64,000 nt of DNA from Octopus sinensis (GCF_006345805.1 NC_043008.1:67456001-67520000), one strand, 5' to 3'. Shown: positions 27,810 to 42,622, numbered from the stretch's first letter. Program-made: numbers and translations. Notes: generated by a model from the sequence alone, not told the origin.

Positions 27810-29072
27810 TATGTTTTACTTTTGCTTTATGTTTGTACAAGTTGGCTCCAAGTCTCACCCAGAGACCTCAAGAGACAACAGGGTGGAAGTTCACGTTATT
27901 GTTATGCCTAGTGTGCCATATATTTGGGGTTTTTTTTTTGGTGTTGTACTAGTGAATGTCTAATAAATAAATTTTTAAAAAAAGTTTGTTTTAAAACTTG
28001 AGATTACATAGAGAGTATTTTGCGTAGGATATGAGCAGTTCCCATGAGCACTATCTTTTGAATTTCTGCCATTTTGGGGTTTCCTGGAATCTGAGTTAGG
28101 TAGCAATCAGCCCCTTTCGCTATCATTCCCAGGGCACCTATGACAACAGGTATTGTTTTAGTCTTCAGGTTCCACATTTTGCTGATTTCTATTTCAAGAT
28201 CTTTATATTTGCTCAGTTTTTGGTAGGTCTTGACAGATACGTTTATATCGATTGGGACAGTCATATCAATGAGGAGGCATGTTCTTTGTCTGAAGTCTTT
28301 CAATATGATGTCTGGCCTGTTTGCATCTATCTTTCTGTCAGTTTGAATGGTGAAGTTCCAGAGGAGTGAGATGTGGTCATTTTCAAGCACTGGAGGTGGA
28401 TTGTGTTCCCACCAGTTTTTTTCATGGGGCAAATCCAGGTTTTTGCAAATTACCCTGTGAATATATTGTGCAACACTATCATGCCTGTTGAGCTACTCTG
28501 TAGGCGCTAGAAGACTGCACTTGGAGACAACATGATCAATGGTTTCATTTTGTTGTCGACATACACGACATGTTGGGCTACTGCCGTTCTTTAATATGTT
28601 GGCCTGGTAGTTTCTTGTTGGTAGGCATTGGTCTTGAGCTGCTATGATAAACCCTTCTGTTTCAGATTTTAAGCCAGAGGCCATTAGCCATTGATGGGTC
28701 AGGGCTTTGTCAATATCTGCATTATTCGCTCTCTTTGGGTATTTGCCATAGAGAGGTTTTTCTTGCCATTTATTATTCAGAATATCTAAGGCCGCAGTTT
28801 TGGCACGGGTTTTCATGCACTTAGCTTTTTCTGTGCTTGTTTCTTGTATGACTATCTCTAATTCCGAAATTTGTTGTATTCGGAATTCACTTAGATATTC
28901 CTTTGCCTGTTTTGTTACTGAGTATGATGCTTTCTTGTTTTCATGTTTTGGAGACAAGTTTTAACATCCAGTCCTCAGACTTTTTCAAGTAGGTGTCTAG
29001 GCCAATTGTAGCAATCTTCATTGTTATTGCCAGCTGTAAAAGTCCACGGCCTCCCTCTTTTCTTGGCAGATA
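27809..29072 (-). mobile_element. R4/Dong-clade RLE LINE family B, 5'-truncated, flanked by (TAA)n
   Basis: GGRGL..., W.EKPLYG, ETEGFIIAAQDQ, CRVCRQQNETIDHVVSKC (CCHC), RHD, RPDIIL..LIDMTVP..K..KY, then a 3' UTR and (AAT)n. Confidence 0.95.
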
Positions 29073-29126
29073 TTATTATTATTATTATGATTATTATTGT
29101 TGTTGTTGTTGTTGTTGTTGTTGTTA

Positions 29127-29200
<74 letters not shown>

Positions 29201-29756
29201 GAGTGAGAGAGCAGTTCATGCCATCAAAGTGACACTGGGGTAAAATATACGAAGCCCAATATACCCATCATGACTACCCGTCTGATAAAGGTACACCAGG
29301 CACATGCATCACAACCATATGTGCGCGACATGGTGATCTCATATCAAGATAAACAGCACATGACCTTGCAGGTGGGGCCCAGTTATAATTTTCTTCAGGT
29401 TGAGTAGCCCATCCCGCTCAAACGGTCCCTGAATAAGGGTTGTTTAAGGATGTTGAAAGAACCACCCATGTTTCCAGAGGTGAACTATTCAAACCCCAAA
29501 GAATCCCTCTCAACACATGGCTATGATGCTCCCCCACTACTTCTGCTCGTGATCAGAGATGCACATATCGTCAGCCACTAAGGGACATGCTCAACTGGTT
29601 AAGGTCAAACAACTGACAAGCAAATCTGTGGTATTGAGCAGAATATTTGCTGTAGCCCATCTTTTATACCAAGACAAAACAATGTACATGATAACACTTC
29701 CAATCAGTTAAGATCAGAAGCCATGAGAGCTACTGCCTGGTACTGCATCAGGGCAT
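29201..29756 (-). mobile_element. 556-bp non-coding (TAA)n-associated element, full length
   Basis: Ends GAGTGAGAGAGCAG...CATCAGGGCAT with (TTA)n on both sides; near-identical to the other copies. Strand is inferred from microsatellite polarity. Confidence 0.9.
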
Positions 29757-30139
29757 ATTATTATTATTATTATTATTATTATCATTATTATTATTTCCAT
29801 TTATTATTAAAAGGTATTATTGTTTAGTTTCAACTTTTGTCTTGTACTTGAGATAATCATAAATATGTGAGAGTTGAAGGGAATAGTAGCAGCTTGGTGA
29901 ATAGACCAAATTCTACATATCTGTAAACAGATTCGGCAGATGGTGAGAGGCGCGGCAATAGACCTTCCTGTGCAATAAGGAAACAAACGAGGCCTCACAC
30001 CCATGGGGTCAGCAAAGGTCAAATGTATTTACTACTACTAGCGATGAGAGCGCTGACCTTGTTCTATTTTAAATTACTGATGGTAAAAATAGTAATATAC
30101 GTATACTGATGTCCACATCGTTGAATTTTTGAATTTCTG

Positions 30140-30384
<245 letters not shown>

Positions 30385-30940
30385 GAGTGAGAGAGCAGTT
30401 CATGCCATCAAAGTGACACTGGGGTAAAATATACGAAGCCCAATATACCCATCATGACTACCCGTCTGATAAGGGTACACCAGGCACATGCATCACAACC
30501 ATATGTGCGCGACATGGTGATCTCATATCAAGGTAAACAGCGCATGACCTTGCAGGTGGGGCCCAGTTAGAATTTTCTTCAGGTCGAGTAGCCCATCCCG
30601 CTCAAAAGGTCCCTGAATAAGGGTTGTTTAAGGATGTTGAAAGAACCACCCATGTTTCCAGAGGTGAATTATTCAAACCCCAAAGAATCCCTCTCAACAC
30701 ATGGCTATGATGTTACCCCACTACTTCTGCTCATGATCAGAGATGCACATATCGTCAGCCACTAAGGGACATGCTCAACTGGTTAAGGTCAAACAACTGA
30801 CAAGCAAATCTGTGGTATTGAGCAGAATATTTGCTGTAGCCCATCTTTTATACCAAGACAAAACAATGTACATGATAACACTTCCAATCAGTTAAGATCA
30901 GAAGCCATGAGAGCCACTGCCTGGTACTGCATCAGGGCAT
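30385..30940 (-). mobile_element. 556-bp (TAA)n-associated element, full length
   Basis: Same boundaries and length as 29201-29756. Confidence 0.9.
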
Positions 30941-30956
30941 TTATTTTTTATTATTA

Positions 30957-30996
<40 letters not shown>

Positions 30997-31065
30997 AATT
31001 ATTATTATTATTATTATTATTATTAGTAGTAGTAGTAGTGTAGTAGTAGTATAGTAGTAGTAGTA

Positions 31066-31250
31066 GTATAGACGTCGCACAGTATAAAACATCGCGAGGC
31101 TGTTGATTGAAGATATTGTGTCTACCAGGGGTTTGTACTGTTTGTCAAGTCACAACAAGGATCTTAGACAGACAGTACTTTACGCCATATGCATGCAGTT
31201 CCAAAGTAATGCCGACTTTTGTAATACTTCTAGATTGTAGGGTATTTCTA
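31066..31250 (-). mobile_element. R4-clade LINE 3' end (another family)
   Basis: EIPYNLEVLQKSALL..A.I.RKVLSV* followed by a tgtctaagatccttgttgtgacttgaca hairpin; flanked by TAG/TAC repeats. Confidence 0.7.
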
Positions 31251-31256
31251 AAGTTT

Positions 31257-31306
<50 letters not shown>

Positions 31307-31312
31307 TCATTA

Positions 31313-33360
31313 TCACAAATGGTGGTTCGCCTTGAAAAGGCGATTAGAATAGAGTTGATAAGGTTTAGGAAAGGACTAGCAGTAGAAAGAAACAGAGTAG
31401 AGACAGCTAGTCAAGAAGTTAGACGACGCTTTTATAAAAAGTATCGTGATCGACGTGCTCGCAGTGAGATTGGCACTCGACCAATTCTTCAACGCAAAAA
31501 ACGAAGGTTGCGTCGTCAGAGCTAAGGCACGAGTACTTATACTCAAAGAGACGAAAGCCATTCAATGGGCCCTAGTGGAAGAGGGACGACGTGACGATAA
31601 ATCCATGATCTGATTCTTGCTGGACCACGAAGGGCAAATGATAACTAATCAAAGACAGATTGTGTAGTCTTTCAGCGGCGCTTTGCTCAACTGTTCGGGA
31701 GCAGCGGTGAGCCGGGTTACATGATGGGTTTCGCGACCTACCTCGATGGCTTACCGTGGTTCTTGTGTTTTTGAACCATCTATACCAGGCGGCCGTTCTC
31801 AAGGCAGCTGGTTTCAGGCCTGTATTCAGTGGTCAGGGAGAACGGTTACTTCTTAGAGCCGTTCAGCATCATGTGCTCGTCTAGCAAGGTTGTCCTCTCT
31901 CGTCTCTCTTGTACATACTGACTCTCGAGCCACTAATACAGAAACTGGAGGCGTTGAGAGGCATCCCGCTGCGTGAGCTAGGATGTGAGAGATGTGTCGG
32001 CAGATTCCGACTACATCAACGTAGTGGTGTCGGTTCATAAACACATAGAATGATCGGCACCGCTCTCAGGGACTACAAAGCGGTTTCAAGAGCGACAATT
32101 AACCAAGAAAAAGTAGTGGTCTTGAAGCTCGGTACCTGGAGAAGCAAGTCCATGCCATCCAACTGCGTCGTTGAGCGCCGGGGGGACCGGTTAAATTGCT
32201 CGGGGTCTGGTTCAGTCCGGACTTTCAGATGGACAAAAACTGGACGAGGTAACGAGCAGGGTAACTCCTCTCACCCAGAAATGGGCCGAGAGAAAGCTAC
32301 CTTTGAAAGGTCGGGCAGAGGTGGCTAACGCGTATATCACGTCTGTCAACTACTATCGCCTGACCGTTGTGCCTTGTCCTGACAACCGTCTGATTACGCT
32401 GGAGCGTATACTCTTCCGCTTCATGTGGAAGGGGCGCTGAGGCTACGACATCTTCAGTGCTTCCTTGACGATAAAAAGGTGTGGTCGCCGTTCACCAGAC
32501 AAATATTTCTGCAGCTAGTTTCTTAAACGGAGTTGCAGTCCCGGGTAAAACAAAGATCGAGGGAAAGCATTTGGAAAGTGGAATGTCTTCAAGCACTCAC
32601 AGCTCTCAGTCAGTCCGACAGTGCAATAGGTCGAACGTCAACTTCAGCCTTTTATAGAGGATTAGTGGAGGAAAGGTGCGACGATGTTCTTGGGAAAACC
32701 CTGGACGTCGAAGAAGATCAAATAATCGCTCTTTTCCGGAGAACTTTCGGGTTGGGACCAATGGATAATTTCCAAAAATCTCTGGTCTGGCAGTGCTACC
32801 GAGGAGATTTGCCTGTTCGAGATAAACGTTACAGGTACGGAAGTACCGTCAGCCGAGGATGTTCGAGATGCGCACAGAACGATGAGGCGGTTCTGCATGC
32901 AGTAGTTCAGTGCCCAAGCATTGCTGACCTGTGGGCTTATGTCGAAATATTGCTGTCGCGTGTGGGACGGATCCGACTGTCCACTGAATCCATCATGAAG
33001 ATTGTCTTCTTTTAACTGGGAAGGAAAGGCTGTTTTTATATTCCTGATTGCCATGGCCAAAGGAATTTTATGGTGGACGAGATTGAAAGAGCTGAAGGGA
33101 AACACTTTTCTCTTTGGCCATTTCCTGATGAACTTCTTCAAGTTTCTCTTGAAAAGGAAAATAAGGGTAGAGAGGGAAGTGTTTTCTTCTAGCATGTTTG
33201 CTGAAAGATGGATGAAAGTAGCGAGAATGGCGTGAGTGAACAGGCCTGCCCTGAGCATAAGCCTATAGTTGGGAAAAAAGGTAAGGAAAAAAGGCAACTA
33301 CACCAAAAGTCAGGGTACCCATGTTTTTTTTATGGGCTTTTTCTATGAGATACCCTATTG
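31313..33360 (+). mobile_element. Tx1/L1-clade LINE, internally deleted ORF2
   Basis: SVQH..SSKV.LS..LY.LTLEPL, TINQEK..LKLGTW, PVRDK.YRYG...CSRC.QNDEAVLHAVVQC (zf-RVT), WW.R. Confidence 0.85.
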
Positions 33361-34065
33361 AGAATTACACATAGTTGTGTCATTTATTTATTTATTTATT
33401 TTGTTAGTCTTATTTAGTGCTATACATATTCTCTTTTCTTTGAGCATAAGGTCTCTGAGATATGATACTTTTGTTCGATTTGTGAAGTGTAAGAGAATTG
33501 TTGAGTTGAGTTCGTGGAGGAACCTTTGTAAGAGCTAAAAGGATTTTCAAATTTTTTTGCCAGATTCGTCACGGCTAAATATGAATTCTCTAGTTTTGCA
33601 AGGGGTTGATGCCTGGAGTTGTTATGGTTCTACTGTTGGATATAGTTATGGTTTTTATGATTTGCGGCTGCTGATTTTTACTCTTGCAAATCTGGTTACT
33701 TCAGGCTTTTACGGAAAGTCACTGTAAGGGATGTTTCTGCTGTGGATTTGGTGGTGGCTTCAAGTCATGCTTTCGACAACAGCAGCAGATTTTTGGATTA
33801 CGGGTTACATGTGCAGAAGTTATTAAGTTTGATTTAGCATTTGATGATGATAATGGTAGTGGTAGCCGTGGTTTAGAGAGGTGTGTCCTTTGGCGTTGGT
33901 TTGTGTTGCTTGTAAGAATTATGCGTCCTGTCAAAGGCATATTTTTGAGTTTCATTGGGTAGATTTATGATGGAGCTGTGAGGTATACATTCAGATTGAG
34001 GGAGACATTGGGTGCAAGAAAGGACTGATTCATCTTAGTTGCAGTAGTAGTAGTAATAGTAGTAA

Positions 34066-34113
<48 letters not shown>

Positions 34114-34147
34114 CAGTATTAGTAGTAGTAGTAGTCGTAATACTAGT

Positions 34148-34231
<84 letters not shown>

Positions 34232-34250
34232 TGTAGTTGTAGTAGTAGTA

Positions 34251-34558
34251 GAATGGGATGGCAGTGGTGATGATGGATAACTTGTGTTAATCGGAGAGAA
34301 TGAGTAATTTGAGTAGATTTGATTGTTGTGAGGACCTAAGGACTGTGTAGTTTAATAGGTTTTCAATTGTGCAAGTATCGAGGAGCGGTTGTAACGAATT
34401 CCTCGTAATATGCTTTCGTTATCTAGCTTTGCAGCCGGCTCATCTCTGACTGATGGATCCAAACCTATGAACAAAAGCTTCCCAGCGTTGACCATCTCCT
34501 CTCTCTCTGGAAGAATGTACATCTATGACTACGTTACCATATATACCCTATGGCTTCT
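34251..34558 (+). repeat. Direct repeat copy 1 (~310 bp), duplicated at 45732-46038
   Basis: Near-identical sequence gaatgggatggc...atatataccctatggcttc; both copies follow (TAG)n. Confidence 0.9.
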
Positions 34559-34757
34559 TTTAAATACGTTTGGATGCTGTACCTAGCACGCTGAATGACC
34601 AAATAGAAGCAGTTTCGTGCTTCTTATTGGAAAATATATTTCTATAATATTTAATTACGAGACAGAAAGACAGATAAGAAGGGCAAATAGAATTTTGAAA
34701 AATGAGATGTTCGTCAGAAAGAAACTTCATGTATCAGAGACAGGCAGATAGATTCTG

Positions 34758-34820
<63 letters not shown>

Positions 34821-35040
34821 GTGTGTGCGCGTGCAGGTGTGTGCGTGTGTGTGTGTGTGAGAGAGAGATGGAGAGAGAGAAAGAGAGAGAGAGAGAGAAG
34901 GAGAGAGAGAGGGAGAGAGGAAAAAGTTAGCGGTGAGAATGATAGATTGTGTGTGGGAAGATTGACATTTTTGTTGCCCCGGTTATTAAATCCAGTAACA
35001 CTAAACAGTTGATAAAAAAGGTGGAGGAGTACATGAGAGA

Positions 35041-35077
<37 letters not shown>

Positions 35078-35193
35078 CATATCATATCACGTGACCGACC
35101 AGACCATCAGATGTTGTTACACATCGCTGGTCACAATGCGTTCGCATTGTTTTAGCCTTCGAATGACGCCACCCCGCTGGCTAAGCGAGCAGG

Positions 35194-35251
<58 letters not shown>

Positions 35252-35252
35252 C

Positions 35253-35487
35253 ACAACTAGGTGATACTAAAAGGACAGCAAAGCATCCAGATTGACGATA
35301 CAAAAAAAAAAAAAAACAAGGACGGATCATTCGAAGCTTTTTATCCTCAGTCAAGAACCGGATCATCCTCGCAGAAATTGGATGATCCGGTTCTTGACTG
35401 AGGATAGAAAGCTTCGAATGACCCGTCCTTGTTTTTTCTTGTATCGTATATCTGGATGTTTTGTCCCTTTAAGTATCACCTAGTTGT
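35253..35487. repeat. Fold-back (~110-bp arms, ~11-nt spacer) within (TA)n
   Basis: acaactaggtgatact...aagaaccggatcatcc pairs with ggatgatccggttctt...agtatcacctagttgt. Confidence 0.9.
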
Positions 35488-35555
35488 CCGGATGTTTTGC
35501 ATTCTTGTCCCATTTTGTATTTTATATATATACATATACATATATATATTCATGT

Positions 35556-35592
<37 letters not shown>

Positions 35593-36265
35593 TGTATGTA
35601 TGTATGTATGTATATGCATATGTAGGCACAGGACGTCATGAAACGTGTATAACAAAAAATACGAAGTACGAGTACATGGAATATGAAATATTTTTTTGAA
35701 CAACGAAAGACAGAATTGCAAAACAAGACGAAAAAATAAAGAACGACCCTTCATCAGTTCTTGGCTGTTTTCTTTACTCTCGTGTTTCGAGCATTTAACA
35801 ATATACGCTTTCGATAAAACAGTTACTCCTGCAAAGCAAATTAAATAAAATTTGGGATTTTGAGGAGGGTCAAAATTGGTAACACAAGCAGTACAGTGAA
35901 AGCAAACAGGGAGGGCTACTAAGCCTAAAGTAGGTTGTGGTGGTGAACACGTAAATTAAGCTTGGGCAGGAGGCAGACAAGAACACGTCTTCCTGGTTCC
36001 AGCTACACCGGAGAGAAAGAAACACAAGTTAAGAGAAGAAATAAAGATGGCTGATGGTCATGTGGGAGCAACGGGAGCAAGGGAGAAAGAGTGAAGGAGA
36101 GAGGGTGACAGAGTAATAGGATATAATAGTGGGAGAAAAGGAGGTAAAAGAATAAGAGAGAGAAAGAGCGAAAAACGAAAGAGTAAAAAGGTCGTATAGA
36201 GTGCGCATCGGAATTATTAAAATAAAACTTACTTGGAAGAGGATGCGTGGCATTCAATCATATAA

Positions 36266-36307
<42 letters not shown>

Positions 36308-36578
36308 TATATTCATATATACATACGCATATGTACACACACACACGCACACACACACACACACATATTATAATGGAATAATTACTGTAAAGCACGCTCA
36401 CACACACGCACATCGCCAACATTCGTCAATTTCTTGAAAACGGGGTCATAACCCCGAATTATTGAATACAAGGTAAATCTACATTAATTCACATATTTGT
36501 TTTCTTGTGATTTACCTTGCGTTTACTTCTCATTGCTTTGGCCTCATCCACGATCCTTTATACAGTATATATATAAAG

Positions 36579-36640
<62 letters not shown>

Positions 36641-36688
36641 ATCGATCGATAGATAGATAGATAGATAGGTAGGAAGATAGATAGATAG

Positions 36689-36746
<58 letters not shown>

Positions 36747-36915
36747 GTAGATTGATAGACAGCGATCCTTCCCGAATCATATAGATCCATAGGGCTGATT
36801 TCCCTGTTTCCGTGGCGCACATTCACACTGACACTCACGCAGATATGCGCACTCACACACATGTACAGGTGTATTTGTGTATGTGCTTATAATAAAGTGA
36901 GCGAAAAGTACTTAC

Positions 36916-37004
36916 CTAAGAATAATCTCTCGGCAATAATGACTAAAAAGTACAAACAAGTTAAGAAAATGCTGAACAAAGTCGACACAGTGTTCATACT
37001 GCAG
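36916..37004 (-). CDS. Probable first coding exon (signal peptide) of the lectin-domain gene
   Basis: tttttttacag| then ATG at 36997 giving MNTVSTLFSIFLTCLYFLVIIAERLFL, then G|gtaagt; phase 1 matches the exon at 20881. Confidence 0.65.
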
Positions 37005-37160
37005 CTGTAAAAAAACATGACCGATCAGATTGAAAATCTCAACACATTGGTTAGAAACCGGATTTTGGTGGTAACGGAATTTGTATTAACAACACGCCCA
37101 TGCGCGCACATATCCATAGATTTGACATTGTTCATTTCTAATATGATACGATGAAGCTGC

Positions 37161-37224
<64 letters not shown>

Positions 37225-37240
37225 TAATAATAACAACAAC

Positions 37241-37272
<32 letters not shown>

Positions 37273-37274
<2 letters not shown>

Positions 37275-37813
37275 GCCCTGATGCAGTGCCAGACAATGGC
37301 TCTCATGGCCTCCGATCTTAACTGATTGGCGGTGTTATCATGTACATTGTTTTGTCTTGATATAAAAGATGGGCTACAGCAAATATTCTGCTCAATACCA
37401 CAGATTTGCTTGTCATTTGTTTGATATTAACCGGATGACCATGTCCCTTAGTGGCTGACGATATATGCATCTCTGATCATGAGCAGAAGTAGTGGGGGAG
37501 CATCATAGTCGTGTGTTGAAAGGAATTCTTAGAGGTTTGGATAATTCACCTTTGGAAACATGGATGGTTCGTTCAACATCCTTAAAAATCCTTATTCAGG
37601 GACCTTTTGAGCGGGATGGGCTACTTGACCAGGAGAAAATTCTAACTGGGCCCCACCTGTAAGGTCATGCGCTGTTTATCTTGATATGAGATCACCATGT
37701 CGTGCACATGGCTGTGATGCATGCGCCTGGTGTACCCTTATCAGACAATAACAACTGGACTTCGTATATTTTACTCCAGTGTCACTTTGATGGCATGCAC
37801 TGCTCTCTCACTC
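37273..37813 (+). mobile_element. 556-bp-family element, opposite orientation, more diverged
   Basis: ATGCCCTGATGCAG...CTCTCTCACTC flanked by (AAT)n; small internal deletion (541 bp). Confidence 0.9.
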
Positions 37814-37862
<49 letters not shown>

Positions 37863-37876
37863 TAATAATAATAATA

Positions 37877-37919
<43 letters not shown>

Positions 37920-38731
37920 CATATACTTTTCATTGCAAAAACACACCTGTTCTTCTAACTGGACATACAAACATCTCTAGAAAAGTCAACTTCAACCTCC
38001 ACAATATTACCTTACACGAAATATACAAACATTTTTTATTGCAATAACACAAGCGCACATGGAAAAAAAAAATAATAATGATGCTAAGATTCTCTCTGGT
38101 CGAACACAACTTCTCTATTCACAAATAATACAGAACAGCCCTTCCTTAATTTTTCTTAAGGCTAATAGTAGTAAACATTTGAACTTTTTTTGACCGATAG
38201 GACCCCACCTAAAAAGAAAAAAAAAATATCACTGATGGTGATGATGATAATAATGATAGTAATAATGTTGATAATCTATCTATCTATCTACACACACACG
38301 CACACTCAAAGAGTTCAACCAACACAAACCTCACCTCGGCTCTATTGTTAACCAAATATGAAAGTATTTGACAGGCAAGAATTCTGGCGTTGAAGACAGT
38401 CAGCCAGCCAACCACCAAGCCAGCCAACGAGACAGACAGACACTACTGTGATGGTGATAATGATAAAAAACAAAAATAACAATAAGATACTGCTGTGACT
38501 ACACAAAACAATATCATTGATGATGATGATGATGATGGTGATGGTGATGACGATAATGATGATGGTAATGGTGGTGATAATGATGATAGTGATAATAATG
38601 GTGATGATAATAACAATAATAAGCCGACTACGGCTGCTATAATGGTACGATTATAATTGTAACGGCAATGATGGCCGTCTCCCCACGAGCCAATCAAAGC
38701 TCAAAAATGATAACATTATCGTAGCACCAAA

Positions 38732-41700
38732 ATGTTTTTGGAAACTAAAAGGAAAACTAAATCAGTATACCAAATCGCTTGTCCTATGGTTAATCTGGAA
38801 GCGCGTCCCCCAGGGAAGAGCCAGCCTGGGATCGAAAAGTCATCAACTGGCACAAACTCTTCTCCGAATACGGGCATGGATGGTCACTTGAACGGGAAAT
38901 CCCCCAACTCGAGCCCTCCAAGTTCACCACCGCAACCACCACAGAAAGAAAAATGTAAGCGGAACAAATGGACCCGAGAAGAGTATAAAGAAGTAATATA
39001 CGCTTATTACTATGCATTAGGTAGGCCATCTCAAGAAAGACACACCGCAAACTCTTACAGTATATGGAGAACACGGAATCAAGACAGCAGGCCCTATTTG
39101 AACGAGAACAAATTAGCAAATGTGAGGAGGCATATCCTTAGAAATAACATACTCACAGACAGTGAAATAAGCGCGATCAAGCACGCAACGGAAAATGACA
39201 TAAATATAAGACACAAAGGAAATGAAGAATCAGATGAACAGTATAGCCCGCCACGAGGCTTAATTGAAAGACTGCCATCTGACCAAAGTACGCAAAGGCC
39301 TGAAGATATAAGAAATTCTATTGTACCTGTTAAAGATAGCCAGGAAAACGATAAGACAACAGTAACTGAAGATCTCGCATTTGCTGAAGAACACAGAGAG
39401 TCTATGGCAGAAATGAGGCAGAAAGTTGTAAGACATACAAGTATGAATGATAGAGAACCACTTCATAAACTCTCAAATACAAACTAAAATAAAAAACAAA
39501 TCCAAATTGGCAACTATGTAACAAATGAAATAATACAAGAATTAAAACCTGATTTTACTGAGTTAAATGAAATTATTTACGCTTCTGCTAGGGCAATTGA
39601 AACCAGCTGTATGCCCCCGAAAAAACAAAGAAAACCAAACCTGGGAAGAAATCAAACCTGGAGAAGTAAAATTGAAAAAGAGATTGAATTTATGAGAGGG
39701 GAAATATCAATATTAAATGAACTAATATGTGGAAATGATGTAAGATCCAGAACAGGAAGAAAATTGAAGAGAAAATTTGGATCCTCACCAAGAAAAGAAC
39801 TGATATCAATAAAAGAAACGCTGAAACAAAAAGTCCAAGCAAAAGCCCAAAGAATACGAAGATTTGAGAAGAGAAACAAGTTTTACAAGCAAAATAAGCT
39901 GTTCACATCCACTGCCAAAAAATTCTACAGAGATATAGGGAAGGAGAAAGTAACCGTTAAAGACCCCCCTCCCATGGAAGAAGTTCAAAACTTTTGGAAA
40001 AGGATTTGGAGTGACAAGAAGACGTACAACATAAATGCAGACTGGATTATACAAACTGAAGGATCCTACCAAAATTTACAACAACAAGCATGGGAAGACA
40101 TCACAATAGCAGACCTAAGAAAGGTACTCACGAAGGCCCATAATTAGAAATCCCCCGGTAAAGATAGGGTGCCGAATTTCTGGCTCGCATCGCTCCCATG
40201 CGCACAGCTGCTCAATGGAATTATGAGAGACCCAAAGAAAACACCTGAATGGTTAGCAAGTGGTATTACTTACCTACTCCCAAAGAATAACGAAACAAAC
40301 CTTCCAAAAGACTATCGGCCTATAACCTGTCTATCCACCACGTATAAAATCCTAACATCTATCCTGGCGGAGAAAACATATGCATTCATGGAGAAGAACG
40401 ATATTTTCCCCATTGAACAAAAAGGGTGCCGCCGAGGCTCTTACGGATGCAAATATCAACTGCTAATTAATCGTATGATACTTGAGAACTGTCACAACAA
40501 GCGCAGAAATCTCAGCTCCGCATGGATTGACTATAAAAAGGCCTTCGACAGTATACCGCATCCATGGATCTTGAGATCGCTGGACATCTTCAAAATTTCC
40601 CCTGTGAATTCAAACTTCCTGAAGCACAATATGTCGTTGTGGAATACGAATCTCCAATTATACCACTCTAATGGAATACTTGCCTCGGAAAATATAAACA
40701 TCAACTGTGGAATTTTTCAAGGTGACTCACTTTCACCTTTAATATTCTGCATAGCCCTAATACCCCTTACAAGTGAATTAAACAGAACAGGGTATGGGTA
40801 TAAAATTGCCAATAAAAAAATAAGCCATCTATTTTATATGGATGACTTAAAACTCTATGGTAAAGACAATAATGAACTTGAAGGCCTATTGCGCACTGTG
40901 AAAGCATTCAGCGATGACATTGGGATGGAGTTTGGACTTGAGAAGTGTGCCAAGGCCACTTTCCAGAAAGGGAAAGTGAAGACCACAAATTCAGTCGTGT
41001 TAGATGTTGACACAGTCATAAGAGAGCTTGAGCAAGAACAAACATACAAATATTTAGGGATAAATGAAGGCTCTGGTATTCAGCATGCAAGCATGAAATA
41101 GAAGATCAGGAAGGAATGTTATAGGAGAGTTCGTGCAGTCCTGAAATCTGAACTAAATGCACGTAACAAAGTGTTAGCTATAAATTCCTTAGTAGTTCCA
41201 GTTGTTACTTATAGCTACAATGTGTTGAACTGGAATATGAGTGAAGTAAAGAATATAGATAAGAAAATACGCAAGCTGCTGAGTTGTAATAGGATGCATC
41301 ACCCAAAGGCAGACGTAGATCGCCTTTACCTTCCCAGAGCCCAAGGAGGTCGAGGCCTGATCCAATTTGAACTAGCTTACAAAACAACCACAATTGGACT
41401 GGCCAAATATCTCGAAATAACGAATGACTGGATGCTAAAGCTCGTGGAAAACCACGAGAGACGAAAGAAGCTTCATTCTATCATAAAGGAAAACAAAAAA
41501 ATTGCTATTGATCTCGTGCAGGATACCCAAACTGAACAATCCGAGGGAAGTACGGCAACTATTGTTGCAAAGAAGGTGAAAATAATGGCAACGAAAAAAG
41601 CGCACGAGCAATTGGCTGATAGGTGGGAGGAGAAACCTCTGCACGGCAAATATGTGGCCCACAGCAAACAAGCTGATGTTGACCAGAAGCAAACCCATCA

Positions 41701-42552
41701 GTGGCTACGGAGCTCAGGGCTAAAAGCAGAGAGTGAAGGTTTCATCCTGGCTGCTCAAGATCAAAGCCTATTAACCCGGAACTATCAGGCCAATTTGATG
41801 AAAAATGGAGCAGACCCAAAATGCCGATTCTGCAACGACATGATTGAAACAGTGGACCACCTAATCTCTGGATGTAAAGTCTTAGCACCAGTGGAGTATA
41901 AATTAAGACATGACAGAGTTGGCCAATATCTACACTGGCTAATAAGTCGGCATTACAATATCAAAACTGCCAACAAGTGGTATAATCACCACCCTGATGC
42001 TGTAACTGAAGGAGAAAATGTAACGATTCTGTGGGACTTTCCAGTACATACAGACCGAACCATCAAGGCCAATAAACCAGATATTGTTGTGAAAGACCAA
42101 AACAATAAGGTTTGCTTATTGATCGACATGAGCATCCCCTGTGATCATAATATCTCGGCGAAAGAATTTGACAAGCTCAGAAAATATAAAGACTTGCTCA
42201 TTGAAATTGAGAAAATGTGGCATCTTAAGGCGGTTACAATACCAGTGATCGTAGGAGCACTAGGAATGATCAAGAAGGGAACCGAAAATTATATGAGAAT
42301 GATCCCTGGCTTACCATCCCTGCAAGAAGTGCAAAAGATTGTCTTAACTGGTACATCACACGTATTGAGAAGAGCATTGTCGATGTGAGAACTATTGCTG
42401 CTCATGTATTTTAATTTTACTTTAAAAAAAAATGAACGAACTATTGAGATTGGTTTAATGGCCTACCAATGTATACTATGAGTTTCTTTGCCCTAGGAGT
42501 CGGGAAGACACTCGGCAAGAAATGGAAGCAAATTTGAAAGAAGAAAAAAAAG
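38732..42552 (+). mobile_element. Near full-length R4/Dong-clade non-LTR retrotransposon (RT plus CCHC plus restriction-like endonuclease), family A
   Basis: ORF pieces starting at 38732, 39611, 40169 and 41171 share one frame (38732-42388) with three in-frame stops. Motifs: KWTREE, YRPITCL, EQKGC, WIDYKKAFDS, GIFQGDSLSP, YMDD, YKYLG, GGRGL, CRFC..ETVDHLISGC, RHD, KPDIVV..IDMSIP..K..KY. A 3' hairpin and (AAT)n follow. The true 5' end may lie slightly upstream. Confidence 0.96.
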
Positions 42553-42563
42553 TAATAATAATA

Positions 42564-42622
<59 letters not shown>

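Noticed and set aside
29201-29756. Hammerhead (retrozyme) or Harbinger MITE identity for the 556-bp element
   Set aside because: CTGACGA is present but has no suitably placed GAAA or stems, and there are no terminal inverted repeats.
33400-34030. LINE-like degraded coding sequence (also 23820-24310 and 37915-38130)
   Set aside because: Too decayed to assign to a family by eye.
38620-38730. HDV-like ribozyme at the R4 5' end
   Set aside because: A hairpin with a ctcccc loop exists, but P1/P2/P4 of the nested double pseudoknot could not be assigned.
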